A stretch of 64,000 nt of DNA from Octopus sinensis. Lineage: Eukaryota. The notes beneath the pieces are model-generated. The model saw only the letters and a program-made list of their open reading frames with translations, was not told where the DNA came from and made no database searches. A program made the translations under genes and the position numbers. The DNA lies in NCBI RefSeq assembly GCF_006345805.1, contig NC_043003.1, positions 79,670,001 to 79,734,000 of the forward strand. The letters run 5' to 3'. This document shows, piece after piece, positions 39,400 through 50,880 of the stretch (position 1 is its first letter; each line of letters opens with the position of its first letter).

Positions 39400-40340
39400 A
39401 TTAATTCCTACACTTTTTTCAGAACTGACAATTTGTTCATTCAAGGAATTTTAGAGACCGAAACAGGTAGAAATCTTAGGGCACCATGTTGGGAGAATAT
39501 GGAGGGTGAGGCAAAACTTTCCAGCCAAGCCACAGTAATGTCTGTCGTGTTTGCAAAGAAGAGTGCAGTCTGGAATTGTCGTGATGAAGACAACACCCTT
39601 ATAATTAGCTAGCACTGGACACTTCTGGTGGATCACTGCTTTTAATTTGTCCAGTTTAGCACAGTACACACCCAAATTGATAGAACTGTTCGGGGGATGG
39701 AGCTCGCAAAAGGTAACACACTTTCAGTCCTACCACCTTGAAAATATTACCTTGTTTGTGTGAAGTCCTATTTTTGGAGATTATTTATGGTGGTTCACCG
39801 CGCTTCCCTCACGATCGTTTGTAATTCACATTGTCATAGACGATCCATTTTTGTCTCCTTGGACCATTCTCTTGGAAAAAAGAAGATCGTTTTCTTTCAT
39901 CATGCATCTATAGCGAATTGCAGATGAACATTCGTTGGAGCATATCTCCCCCATTGAATTGATGAGGGACGCAAACATAGAGCTTACTGATGTAACAAAG
40001 TTGATGCCGATGGTTTTCAACACTCGATTTGGATATTTGGAGAATATCTATTATCACCTTCGTCATATAACACAGGTTGATCTCGGTCAACTTCCCCACT
40101 TTGTCGCTGTTAATCGGAGGTGGCCGGCCAAAGGGAAGTGCATCTTGAACGGGAAAATTTACAGATCAAAATCTTGAAAAACAACTTCCTGAACACTTTC
40201 TGAAACAGCATCCTCTCTGTTCATAGTAAATATCTGTCTGTAAGTTTCCGCTTCTTTCTTACCGTTTTAAGAATAAAAAAGCATGACTTGTCGATAATGT
40301 CCATTTTGGTTTTCCATTTCCAGGGTGACCTCAAGCACAA
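39400..40340 (-). mobile_element. Decayed mariner transposase
   Basis: Reverse translation shows HQKCPVLANYKGVVF, PPYSPNMVP*DFYLFRSL and FLEENG PRRQKW-like motifs. Confidence 0.8.
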
Positions 40341-40374
40341 AATCTTGTCACAAGTTCGTGCTAAACTTTTAGTG

Positions 40375-40487
40375 TGTCAGGTATCGAATAGTTTGTCAGG
40401 TATCGAATAGTTTGTCGGGTATCGAATAGTTTGTCAGTTATTGAATGAGTTCGTCAGGTATTGAACGAGTTGTTCAGGTATCGAACA
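40375..40487 (+). repeat. 19-20 bp minisatellite (GTCAGGTATCGAATAGTTT), about 6 copies
   Basis: Seen directly; copies diverge towards the right. Confidence 0.9.
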
Positions 40488-41499
40488 CAAATGAAAAAAA
40501 AGTGAACGAAACTTTGTTGGAAATCAATTCTCAGAATATATGTAAATATATTAAATCTATCATCTGTAAGTCTTACTCATATAAGACGGATTTGAAAGAT
40601 ATGTGATATATAACCTCATATCAGTTGAAAAATGAGTAATGTAGTATATCGTTAAGGTATCAAAAATAATTGCGTTGATACCTGCTGTATCTTATACATA
40701 ATAGACATTAAGGCGTAAAGGTGAAAATGTCGGCAAGTATTGGAACTTCTAGGTCGAAAATGAACCTGTATTTTTATTTTACTAACATGCTCTAGATGGA
40801 TATGATAGTTGAGTCAATAGACTCAGTGCGCATATCACACAGAATAATTCGTAGTTGTCCTTGATTCTGTATCTTACAATAAACCTGAAATATCCTAACA
40901 GGAGACAACACATAAACTTCGACCAATGTTCTTAGGTATAAAAAAAGGATCATAGTATAAAGTTCTGAAATGACTAAACCTAATAGAAGATGAGCGCATT
41001 ATTCTCCATATATTAAGTTCTTCTTGACATAATAAGCGTGTTGTTCGATTCGTAAAGTCATTCGTTTTCCAGGAGTGTATAGTAGCCAATAATCTGGATC
41101 GCAGCCAAGAAGTAGCGCAAAAACAATTTTAAGTAACTTTTCTTGTTTGGTAAATTTAATCAGCAAAGATAGTAACAATCAATATCGAACTGAGTCACTT
41201 TTTTTAAAATAAAGCAAACGAAGAAGCCACTTATCGAATTGCTAGAAGCAGCAGCAAAATTCTCTGTAAAATTACATCCATCTGTTATAAAATGGAAGGG
41301 CACACTGGATAAAGTGTTTTAGATTTAGTATATATGGAAAACAAAGGAGATGGGTTTTGTTGCAATAATTTTGATCATGGGTTAGCTCATTCAAAACTCA
41401 CCAAATTTAAAGAATTGTCTCAACGCTTGTCAAACGTTCGAAAGTATGAGAGATATATAACAGTATAGAGAAAAGTGTTAGGAATCTGTAAGGAATCAC

Positions 41500-41705
41500 A
41501 AACCACTCTCTCTCTTTTACTCTTTTACTTGTTTCAGTCATTTGACAGGCTTCTTTCAGTTTCCGTCTACCAAATCCACTCACAAGGCTTTGGTCGGCCC
41601 GAGGCTATAGTAGAAGACACTTGCCCAAGGTGCCACGCAGTGGGACTGAACCCAGAACCATGTGGTTGGTAAACAAGCTACTTACTACACAGCCACTCCT
41701 GCGGC
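41500..41705 (-). mobile_element. SINE family B, well conserved
   Basis: Reverse strand: GGAGTGGCTGTGTAGTAAGTAGCTTG...GGGTTCAGTCCCACTGCGTGGCACCTTGGGCAAG. Confidence 0.9.
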
Positions 41706-41809
41706 ACTGGTTGAAATGAAGAGTAATTGTAGTAGTTACAGGAAAATCACACATTTTGGACTTCTTCAAAATGTGTCAGTGAATGCTATGGTGTAATTGT
41801 GCGTTTTAC

Positions 41810-42195
41810 TGCCAATGAAGTCGGTAGTGATGATGAAAACTGTCGGGTCGGTGAACATTGTGATGCATGTAGTGGCGTTGATAAAGGTTGGAATGTCAAT
41901 GAAAATGGTGGTGTCAGTTAAGGCTCTACTGTGATGAAAGGTGTTTTGTCGATGTAGTTTTTAGTGTGAATAACAGTTGTGGTATCAGCGAAGTGAATGG
42001 TGTCGATGGAGGTTCTGGTGTCAGTTAAGACTGTGGTTTCAATGATGGCTGTATTGTTTATTACGGGTGCTTTGTCAATGAAGACTGCAGTGTCAATGAA
42101 GATAGTGGTGTTAATGAAAGTTGGTGTGTTAATGAAGTGTCTCTGGCGACAGTGAAGGCTGTGCTGTTAATAAAATCTGAGATGTCAATGAAACA
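41810..42195 (+). repeat. Degenerate 18-bp minisatellite (GTGTCAATGAAGAYNGNN)
   Basis: Clearest at 42070-42135: GTGTCAATGAAGACTGCA GTGTCAATGAAGATAGTG GTGTTAATGAAAG. Confidence 0.75.
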
Positions 42196-42279
42196 ATCTC
42201 TCTTAGATAATCCCTTACTGTCTTAAAAAAGAATGACACATTGAGTGATGTCATTCAGATATACTTGTTACGGTTGGAA

Positions 42280-42510
42280 GGCGGCGAGCTGGCAGAAACG
42301 TTAGCGCGCCGGGCGAAATGCTTAGCGGTATTTCGTCTGTCGTTACGTTCTGAGTTCAAATTCCGCCGAGGTCGACTTTGCCTTTCATCCTCTCGGGGTC
42401 GATAAATAAAGTACCAGTTTCGCACTGGGTCGATGTAATCGACTTAATCCGTTTGTCTGTCCTTGTTTGTCCCCTCTATGTTTAGTCCCTTGTGGGTAGT
42501 AAAGAAATAC
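42280..42510 (+). mobile_element. SINE family A, young copy
   Basis: GGCGGCGAGCTGGCAGAAACGTTAGC...GAGTTCAAATTCCGCCGAGG. Confidence 0.92.
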
Positions 42511-43570
42511 ATACTTGCTACGGTTGGAACGTGGTTTGCTTCCATCATAGTTTATCATTCAGTTTGTCATTCACCCTATTACTTGCGTGCAATAGCTTTT
42601 ATCAATCAAGGATTTGGGCATTGCCATTCAGAGCAATGTGTTCTCGTTCTCCGATATTTTTATTCTCTGGAAGACATGGTAGTATTAAACGGTCATGTCG
42701 ACCAGCCACATCAGAATGAGTCACTAGTATAATTTTATATTATACTGAAACTGAATTGGTTGCAACTCTTCAAATTTCAATTGAAACTACATCCTACCAG
42801 ATACCAGCACTATTCTAATTAAAACGTCGTTATTACACCACAGTTGTTTGTGAGATCTGCGAGAAGACATTTGTTTCATTGTACATGTTTGATCTGGCAT
42901 TTAGAAAGCAGACGTTTAAGTTAAGCTGTGCCGACATATGTCTTGCTAACGCTGGCAGGAAATAGATTAGCTTAAAATTCAACTTATATTTAGCTTAATG
43001 TTCACAAATGGAAGCTGCTAGCAAGAAATCTCAGCTTAATGCAAACGCAGAGGAAGAAGAGAAAAAAATATTTGAACTAAAAACAATTCTAATATTTTGT
43101 TACTAAGTAAATGATAAATGTATTGGTATAAATGTAAGAGTATTAACGTCATTAGCTGGCAATGATTGCTATTTCGCAGCAGTAATGGCGTCCGAACGGA
43201 GAATGAACTTGCATTATCACAGAATTAGTTACAGTTTAAATGAAATCGTAGAGTGTGGAAATGAATAGAAGAATAAATAATATATACATTGAGTGAAAGT
43301 TCCGATTTAGTCTTTTAAAACCTCTGCTCAATTTTTAACAACGAAACGAAAATGGCCGTGTGTTTACTGCTAATACGTATTGAGTTAAAATCTACCCCAT
43401 GGGCTTCAAGGTCAGGTAAAACACTTCATTGTACATTGATTCAGCTCAGCTTGTTAGGAATATATATATATATATATATATATAAGATACATATATAGGG
43501 TAGCGAATATTTGTTAGAAATATCACCACCAGTGGCCTAGTATGTATAAATAGTCAATAGACAACATATT

Positions 43571-43699
43571 CTTATTTCAAAATAGTGTACATTTAAATAC
43601 AAGGTTTTGGTCGTTTTGGCTGCTTCTTCTAGCATGTAAAAATTACCTGTTTAAGGGTAGTTTTCTCTTGTGTTTAAATGTACACTATTTTGAAATAAG
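43571..43699. repeat. 33-bp inverted repeat ending at (TA)n
   Basis: Arms 43571-43603 and 43667-43699, one mismatch. Confidence 0.92.
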
Positions 43700-43769
43700 T
43701 ATATATATATATACGTTTAAATATTTGTTGTGCAAGATTTTTTATGTGAAGTTGTGTGTTGAAACAGAT

Positions 43770-43991
43770 ATTGTTATATTTCGGAATGGTCATTTTGCCA
43801 GTTTAGCCACAAATAAGAAAGAAGAAAACAAAGGACCACTGATGCGGTCACAGGAGTGTGACGAAAGAACTCTGGCCGACATAAGATTAAGATTAATGTA
43901 AAAAATAAATAACACTGAAGCAAAATAACATCAAATATATAGTGCGTGTGTTTTTATTGGCTAAACTGGCAAAATGACCATTCCGAAATAT

Positions 43992-43997
<6 letters not shown>
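43770..43997. repeat. Perfect 40-bp inverted repeat ending at (TA)n, with a hammerhead-like spacer
   Basis: Arms 43770-43809 and 43958-43997. Confidence 0.93.
43833..43877 (+). ncRNA. Degenerate minimal hammerhead ribozyme motif
   Basis: GGACCA-CTGATGC-G-GTCAC-AGGAGT-GTGAC-GAAA-GAAC-TC-TGGCC; 5-bp stem II is perfect, A9 is substituted. Confidence 0.5.
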
Positions 43998-44051
<54 letters not shown>

Positions 44052-44059
44052 TCAATTGG

Positions 44060-46370
44060 CAATGTTATGATGCGATTGACTGGTGTCCAATCTACGAAAA
44101 CTTTTTGTCTCATTCGTCTTAAGAACTCTGTGCGGTGGATAGCAGGTATATTCAGTTGCTTGCTGCATTGACTACCCTGTTGTAAGAAGAGTAATGTTGG
44201 GAATTCTCAAGTAAAGAACATCAACAAATATTGTGACAAGAAATAGAGTTTAATAGAATAATAAATCTTTAACAGTTAACAATTTTTAGAAGTACTATTG
44301 AACCTTGGGAGGGGCATTATGTCGGTAATAATAAACACAAGCACTGGTTAAGTCCTTTATTGTTATTGTTAGTAAATGGGTCAGTAATTCCGTTAACCAA
44401 TTTACTGATCAGCTGTTTTTTACTAGTTTTTCAAACTCATATGTTTAACACTTTGGTCAAACAGTTAATCGTTCAAACGTTCAGCAGTGTTTGTGTTGTA
44501 ATTTCTTTTTTTGTCAAATAATTCTTCAGTGATACATCTTTCTACTTCCATTTCTTTTGAACTTATGTTCTAGCGTTGGGATTCGTTCGAGATCTGTCCG
44601 AGATGAGTATGTGAGTGTGTGTATGTCAGTATGTGTGTGTGTTTATACATAAGTGTATGTATCCGTGTGTGTGTGTGTATGTATATTTTAAATATTGACT
44701 ATGTCATTTTTCATATACATAAGATAGCAGTTTTGGTTTTCTCTTTGTTTTCTACGCAAACGCATACGTTCATCCATATAACGTTTCTCTCAAAGACAGT
44801 TAAACCGTCTTCTTTGATAGATGTTGAATAAATTGATATCTATCTGTGCGTTTATATTACATTTATTACATTCTTCACAATAACGTCTGTTAATTCTCTC
44901 CCCTCTACTCCTTTCAACAATAGCAAGAAGCAAATCAGGCTGTTTCTATGCACTCACTAGGCATGCTAGAAATATCTAAGAAATTTCTATCAGATAGGTA
45001 GCAGATTAACACACAAATTCACATCAAGAATCTTACAAGTCAAATACAAATACGAATTTCAAGAAGATTGTCTTTGTTTCTATTCTCTCAAAAACTCTTA
45101 GTAAGATGAGAAGCATTTGGGGTTGGTTTATATAGTAACGTTTAATATATAACAGAGACACCAGAGGAGTATTTACGAAGTCGGTTTATATTAATGTTTA
45201 GTGCGGAACAGGTCCAAAAAAACAAAACAAATGGAAATTAGCACTACCTACAAAAAAAAAAAAAAGCTCGTTAATTATATGCTGCTGCAAGACTGTTTGC
45301 TGGCAGAATTGGTAGCGTATTTCTTTCGACTCATTACGTTTTGAGTTGAAATATCACAAGGGTCAAATTTTCCTTTCATCCTTCCCAGGTTCGATAAAGT
45401 ACCAGTCAAATACTGCAGTCAACGTAATAGACCATCCAAACCTCACCTAATATTGCTGGCCTATAATTTGAAACAATTATACAATGTTGCTTGTGGTTAT
45501 CGTATCAAGAGAATAAAACTGGAATCGGATACTCCACAATAATAGCAGTGTCTTCGATGTGAAATGAACCATCGACTCATCACCTAGTAGGATAAAACCC
45601 CAAATCTTATGAAACTGATGAGGCCTATGGTGGACTCTTAGCCATTCATCCATTTTAGGACCTTGCATTCTCAGACGAATTTTGGTGAGATTAATATTTT
45701 TTTTTTTTTACTAATTGTAAGTAAATCCACTGAACCTATTAACATATTGAACAAGGACTTATTAAATGCAGAGAGCCGAGGGTAATTGAATCAATAATGT
45801 ATCATACAACTAATAAAAAAGTCGGTGGTGTCCGAAAATTTCAACCGTTTTGCAATATTCTAATTAATCTAAACAATGTAATGATCAATTTATCGAACTT
45901 AGAATAAATATATAATTAACACGGTCTCACCATCGACTACCGAGTTAATGGATACGTTTAAATTACATTCTTCACAATAACGTCTGTTAATTCTCTCCCC
46001 TCTATTCTTTTCAACAATAGCAAGAAGCAACCCAGGTTGCTTCTATGTGCTCACTAGGCATGCTAGAAATATCTAAGAAATTTCTATCAGATAGGTAGCA
46101 GATCAACATGTAATACCACGATGTGATTGATTCGTGTCCGATCTTTGAACAAAATTTGTCTCTTTTCGTCCTGAGAACTCTGTGTCGTTGATTGCAAGTA
46201 TATTCATTTCCTTTAATCATTGACAATCCTGTTGAAAAACGAATACTGTTGCTGCATTCCAGAACAAAATACCAAAAAATGGTGTGGCAAGAAGTAGCGA
46301 TCAAGAGTGATAAATCTTAAATAATCAGCGATTCTGAGAAGATTGTTGCCTTTTATTCTGCCAAAAAGTG
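44060..46370 (-). pseudogene. Further copies of the decayed repeat unit
   Basis: 44060-44270 resembles 46110-46320 (roughly 70% by eye); 44867-45012 resembles 45962-46109 (roughly 90%). Translations YSSYNRVVNAAKQLNIPAIHRTEF and YSFFNRIVND..KEMNILAINDTEF. Confidence 0.5.
45290..45470 (+). mobile_element. Diverged SINE family A
   Basis: GCTGGCAGAATTGGTAGC and TTTCCTTTCATCC core. Confidence 0.75.
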
Positions 46371-46691
46371 TAAACATGAGTAGTATTTATGAGCAGCCTT
46401 TAAAAGTACATAATGGATATTGTAACCTTAGATATATTATGCTTGAATAAAATACGGGACAGTTATAGCTTGAATAACTTTCATCATAGAATCTGCTCGA
46501 TGACGGATGACACAGAGCTTAACATCAACAGCATTAACAATAACATTAGCAGAAACATCATAAACCACAATTACAATAACATCAACAACGACAACAACCA
46601 TAACCACTATAGTTAAGATGTATGAGGCAAAGAACATATCTTTTTTACTTGGCTTCAATTAGTTGTATATGAAGGTGTTGTTATGGTAACC

Positions 46692-46994
46692 CAGGGGTTC
46701 TCAACGTTCTTTTATCGATGGACTCCTTTGATTACTATTTTTTCCAGACGGACCCCGTAGTCATTCGATGTTTAAAAATTAGTTTTAGAGAAACCCCTTT
46801 CAATATTCCTATTTCGTTTTTCGAAATCTAGCTGTTTCTCGCAATACGTACCAGTTCATACATCTAGTGCAGAATCTTTTCAGAGGCCCTTAAAATACTG
46901 TTGTTGATCTCCAATTTACTATTTTATTGCATGAATCCCACAAAGTCTTATAAGGACCCTCAAGGTTCATATGGACCTCGGTTGAGAACCTCTG
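46692..46994. mobile_element. hAT-like MITE
   Basis: Termini CAGGGGTTCTCAAC ... GTTGAGAACCTCTG resemble Charlie-type hAT TIRs; no matching 8-bp TSD seen. Confidence 0.7.
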
Positions 46995-46997
46995 TCG

Positions 46998-47128
<131 letters not shown>

Positions 47129-47846
47129 TCATATGCAGAAAACATATATAGTATTTTATATTTTATAAAATGCATGCAAGTCTCTTCAAATTAACTGCCA
47201 AGCTTACGTTACTGCTAAAATAGATTATAAAATCTTACTAAAGCAACTCCTTAGTCACAAGCACAAAATAGTGATAAGCGCCCAATATGTACCACAATTA
47301 TGCAAAAGTTTCCATATATGTGATTCCATATATTTATTGCATAGCGTGCATATCTAATAAACTGGAGACTGGAGACTTAACAAATTTATCTTCCTCTGTA
47401 ATAAGTTACGAATTTTCTGCCTTTTAGGTGCAAGCATTGCTGTGTAGTTAGGAAGAACGTTGCACAACCACCACATGATTTTCGTATCAGTCCCCAACGC
47501 TGTACCAGAGACAAGTGTCTTCTACAATAGCACCGGACCGACCAATGCCCTATAGGCGTAAACGGTATGGAATCCCATCGTATATATATATATATATATG
47601 CACGTCAATTGACAAACGGCGTTGGTTTGTGTATATCTTGTTAGTTAGCAGTTTGACCAAAGATATTGATAGAATCAGAGTTAGATTTATAAAATAAATA
47701 CTCAGTCGTTTTTTTCGATTAAACACTTCAAAACAGTGAGTGCCTCAGCCCCTCTGCAGTCCAACGACTGCAATAAACAAATGATAAAAAGGTATATATA
47801 TATATATATTTTTTTTCCTCTCCTTGTTTCTCTCCTTGTTTTCTGT

Positions 47847-47888
47847 GTCTCTTTCTGTAGAAGAGCGTAGGCTCGAAACGTAAAAGAC
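47847..47888 (+). ncRNA. Minimal hammerhead-like motif with palindromic helix III (ACGU)
   Basis: GTCTCTTT-CTGTAGAA-GAGC-GTAG-GCTC-GAAACGTA-AAAGAC; stems I and II pair, core is the variant CUGUAGA(A). Confidence 0.55.
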
Positions 47889-48295
47889 CTTTTCTATTCC
47901 TGAGCGTTATACAATACATCTGTTTGTTTTGTACACTACCTGTCTTCGTCTTTTGTTGTTTTTTTTCGTAAACTCTCCCTATATATATATATATATATAT
48001 ATATATGACCTTAATAGAGCTGTCGCTGTTTAGTTGCGCATTTAGAAGTGGTTGTAATTTACTTATTAAATGTATTTATCGATACGGTTGCACATAGGGT
48101 AAATGTGTTTGAAAGTTGTGGTTTCTTTGGTTTGTTTGTTCCCAAACAACGCTTATTTTAGTGTTGTTGACACCGCCGCATTGAATGGTGCTGCCCAGTT
48201 GTCGAAACCATAATGATATCCGTGGTGCAGCTGATGATGGGGGTATGTTGGATTGTTGGTTTAGATGTGGAATAGTATTATAACACATCCTTTTG

Positions 48296-48393
<98 letters not shown>

Positions 48394-48819
48394 AATATAT
48401 ATATATATATGAATAGATAGATGTTGAGATCTGTATGGAAGAAGGTCTAGAGGTAGCCTCATCTCTTTGTTTATGGTCAAGCTATGCTTTCAAAAGCCAT
48501 TCTTCTAATTCACGAAAAATCAAACATTGAGAGACTAACACGATATGTTTATATGCATAGAATTGTAATCACAGCAGCTGAGCACTGCCGTCCTTAATAC
48601 TTAATGCTGTGCTCAATTACTGCTGGGCTGAGAATTTATTTTGGACGAAGGCACAAGAGCGGAGCCTTAACTTCTGTGACTTTTGACAAAATTACGTGCT
48701 AAATTTGTTACAAATTATTAAAGCAAAAGTAGATTAGATAGTCAGTTGAGGGCCAGTGATAGAAACGCTATCTTACAGGCATATATCTGCTTTGGAAAAT
48801 TGTATATAAATGTGTGTTT

Positions 48820-48862
<43 letters not shown>

Positions 48863-49151
48863 CACACACGCACGCACGCACGCACACACATTTAGTACGC
48901 ACGTTTCAGATAATCTCTTACACAACACCTTCCTTTAAAAATGCATTCAAAGCCTTTGAATGCTAACTAGTCCTTATTTCGTTTTCTTGAAAACTCTAGC
49001 AAGGATTTGGAGAGTTTCTTCTCCTGGACTCGAGTGAAAAGTTTTGGTAAAGTGCTTCGCTTCTAATCATAACACGAAATATAAATACTTATACATACAT
49101 ATTTATATATTTGTACTAATATATATCTATATATATCTATACCTGTATCTA

Positions 49152-49204
<53 letters not shown>

Positions 49205-49241
49205 CTATCTATCTATCTATCTATCTATATCTATCTATCTA

Positions 49242-49272
<31 letters not shown>

Positions 49273-49300
49273 CCTATATATATATATATATATATATATA

Positions 49301-49337
<37 letters not shown>

Positions 49338-49394
49338 GAAATATTAAAATTACTAAGTCTCTCTAAAAGAGAACAACGGCAGCGTTCCCGGAAA

Positions 49395-49639
49395 ATATTA
49401 GTTATCGCCATACTAATATGGCATTCTTATAAAAATAAGAAAAAAGCTGACCGCTTATTAGCTCCATGAGGCCATCGCCTTAAGTTAGCTATTTGATACA
49501 CAAACTGTATCCTTGTTCAAAGGTTATATGGATACAGTTTGTGTATCAAATAGCTAACTTAAGGCGATGGCCTCATGGAGCTAATAAGCGGTCAGCTTTT
49601 TCTTATTTTTATAAGAATGCCATATTAGTATGGCGATAA

Positions 49640-49646
<7 letters not shown>
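49395..49646. repeat. Near-perfect 117/118-bp inverted repeat with a 17-nt loop, ending at (TA)n
   Basis: Arms 49395-49512 and 49530-49646 differ by one base in an A/T run. Confidence 0.97.
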
Positions 49647-49681
<35 letters not shown>

Positions 49682-49979
49682 ATAGATAGATATATATCCA
49701 TATATGTGTCTATATATGTAGACATAGACACGTGCACATAAGCACACAAACACGCACACATTTACTACACCAGTGAATACTTTTAGCAAGAATGCTGAAA
49801 TTGGTCTAAAATATATGAAATTAAATATATTGAACAATTACTTTGTGTTTACGAATATCTCCTACGATTATAAAAGGGTCATATAACGAAACAGCCGAAA
49901 TCAGACAAATACATGGGGAAAATTACATTTTAATAGAGACAATCCGCAAGGAAATTAATCAGCAGAATATAATTGAAAT

Positions 49980-50260
49980 CGTTGACATTTTTGGCGGAGC
50001 AGGTGTACATTTATAATTATCTTCTTCATCAAGAATATATCTCGAGGTTAAACGCATTTTGCGTCATTAGATGTTGCGGAATTTGCGTGCTTTTATTGTG
50101 TGGATGAGAAATGGTAATTCATACGTGCAAGCTTTTCTTTTTGGCAGAGATGCTTTATATATTAAAGAAGTTGAAATTATCACAGCAAGTTATCCAACAA
50201 ATATTTGGTGACGAACCTTCTGATACTGATGAATAAAACCTATCCGAAATGTCTAATTAT
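49980..50260 (+). mobile_element. Decayed PLE 3' end with a hammerhead remnant
   Basis: RDALYIKEVEIITASYPTNI* resembles the PLE RxxKEAxxI...PxLN ending; CTGATGA-ATAAAACCTATCC-GAAA-T-GTC follows at 50226-50253. Confidence 0.45.
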
Positions 50261-50604
50261 ATCTAAGTGAAGTCCTCGACTACGGTCGAACAACGATGAT
50301 GATGATATCTAAAACATGTCTGTATGGCTGAAGGCATGGGTTTTGCAGTTAAGAAGTTTTTCTCGAGATTAAAATAGTGCTTGAATTAATCACACAGCGC
50401 GGTGGCATGAGCACATGGCTTCTGCCAAAAGCAGCCTTTGGTCAACCAAACCTCTATGCGTCAAATTGAGTAGATAGTAACTATGTTAAATTCCGATAGA
50501 GATACTAATGTTGTTATGGTGTAGTAGACTTCATCTATTTCCCGGTCAAAGGCCAGTGCCAAACCGTTGTTTATCTTTAATAGTGTCCACTACGTTGAAA
50601 GGTG

Positions 50605-50880
50605 GAGGCACAATGGCCTAGTGGTTAGGGCAGCGGACTCGCGGTCGGAAGATCGCGGTTTCGATTCCCAGACCGCGCGTTGTGTGTGTTTATTGAGCAA
50701 AAACACCTAAAAGCTCCACGAGGCTCCGGCAGGGGGTGGCGGTGACCCCTGTTGTACTCTTTTGCGTCAACTTTTTCTCATTCTCTTTTCCTGATTCTTG
50801 AGTAACGCTGCGATGGACTGGCGTCCCGTCTAGCTGGTGGGGAACACATACGCCACAGAAACCGGGAAACCGGGCCCATG
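50605..50880 (+). mobile_element. tRNA-Arg-like SINE (same head as 37917)
   Basis: GGCACAATGGCCTAGTGGTTAGGGCAGCGGACTCGCGG...; shares head and first ~140 nt with 37917, then a different 3' half. Confidence 0.85.

Noticed and set aside
42849-42965. CEICEKTF zinc-finger-like start
   Set aside because: No HxxxH pair, short frame, no neighbouring fingers.
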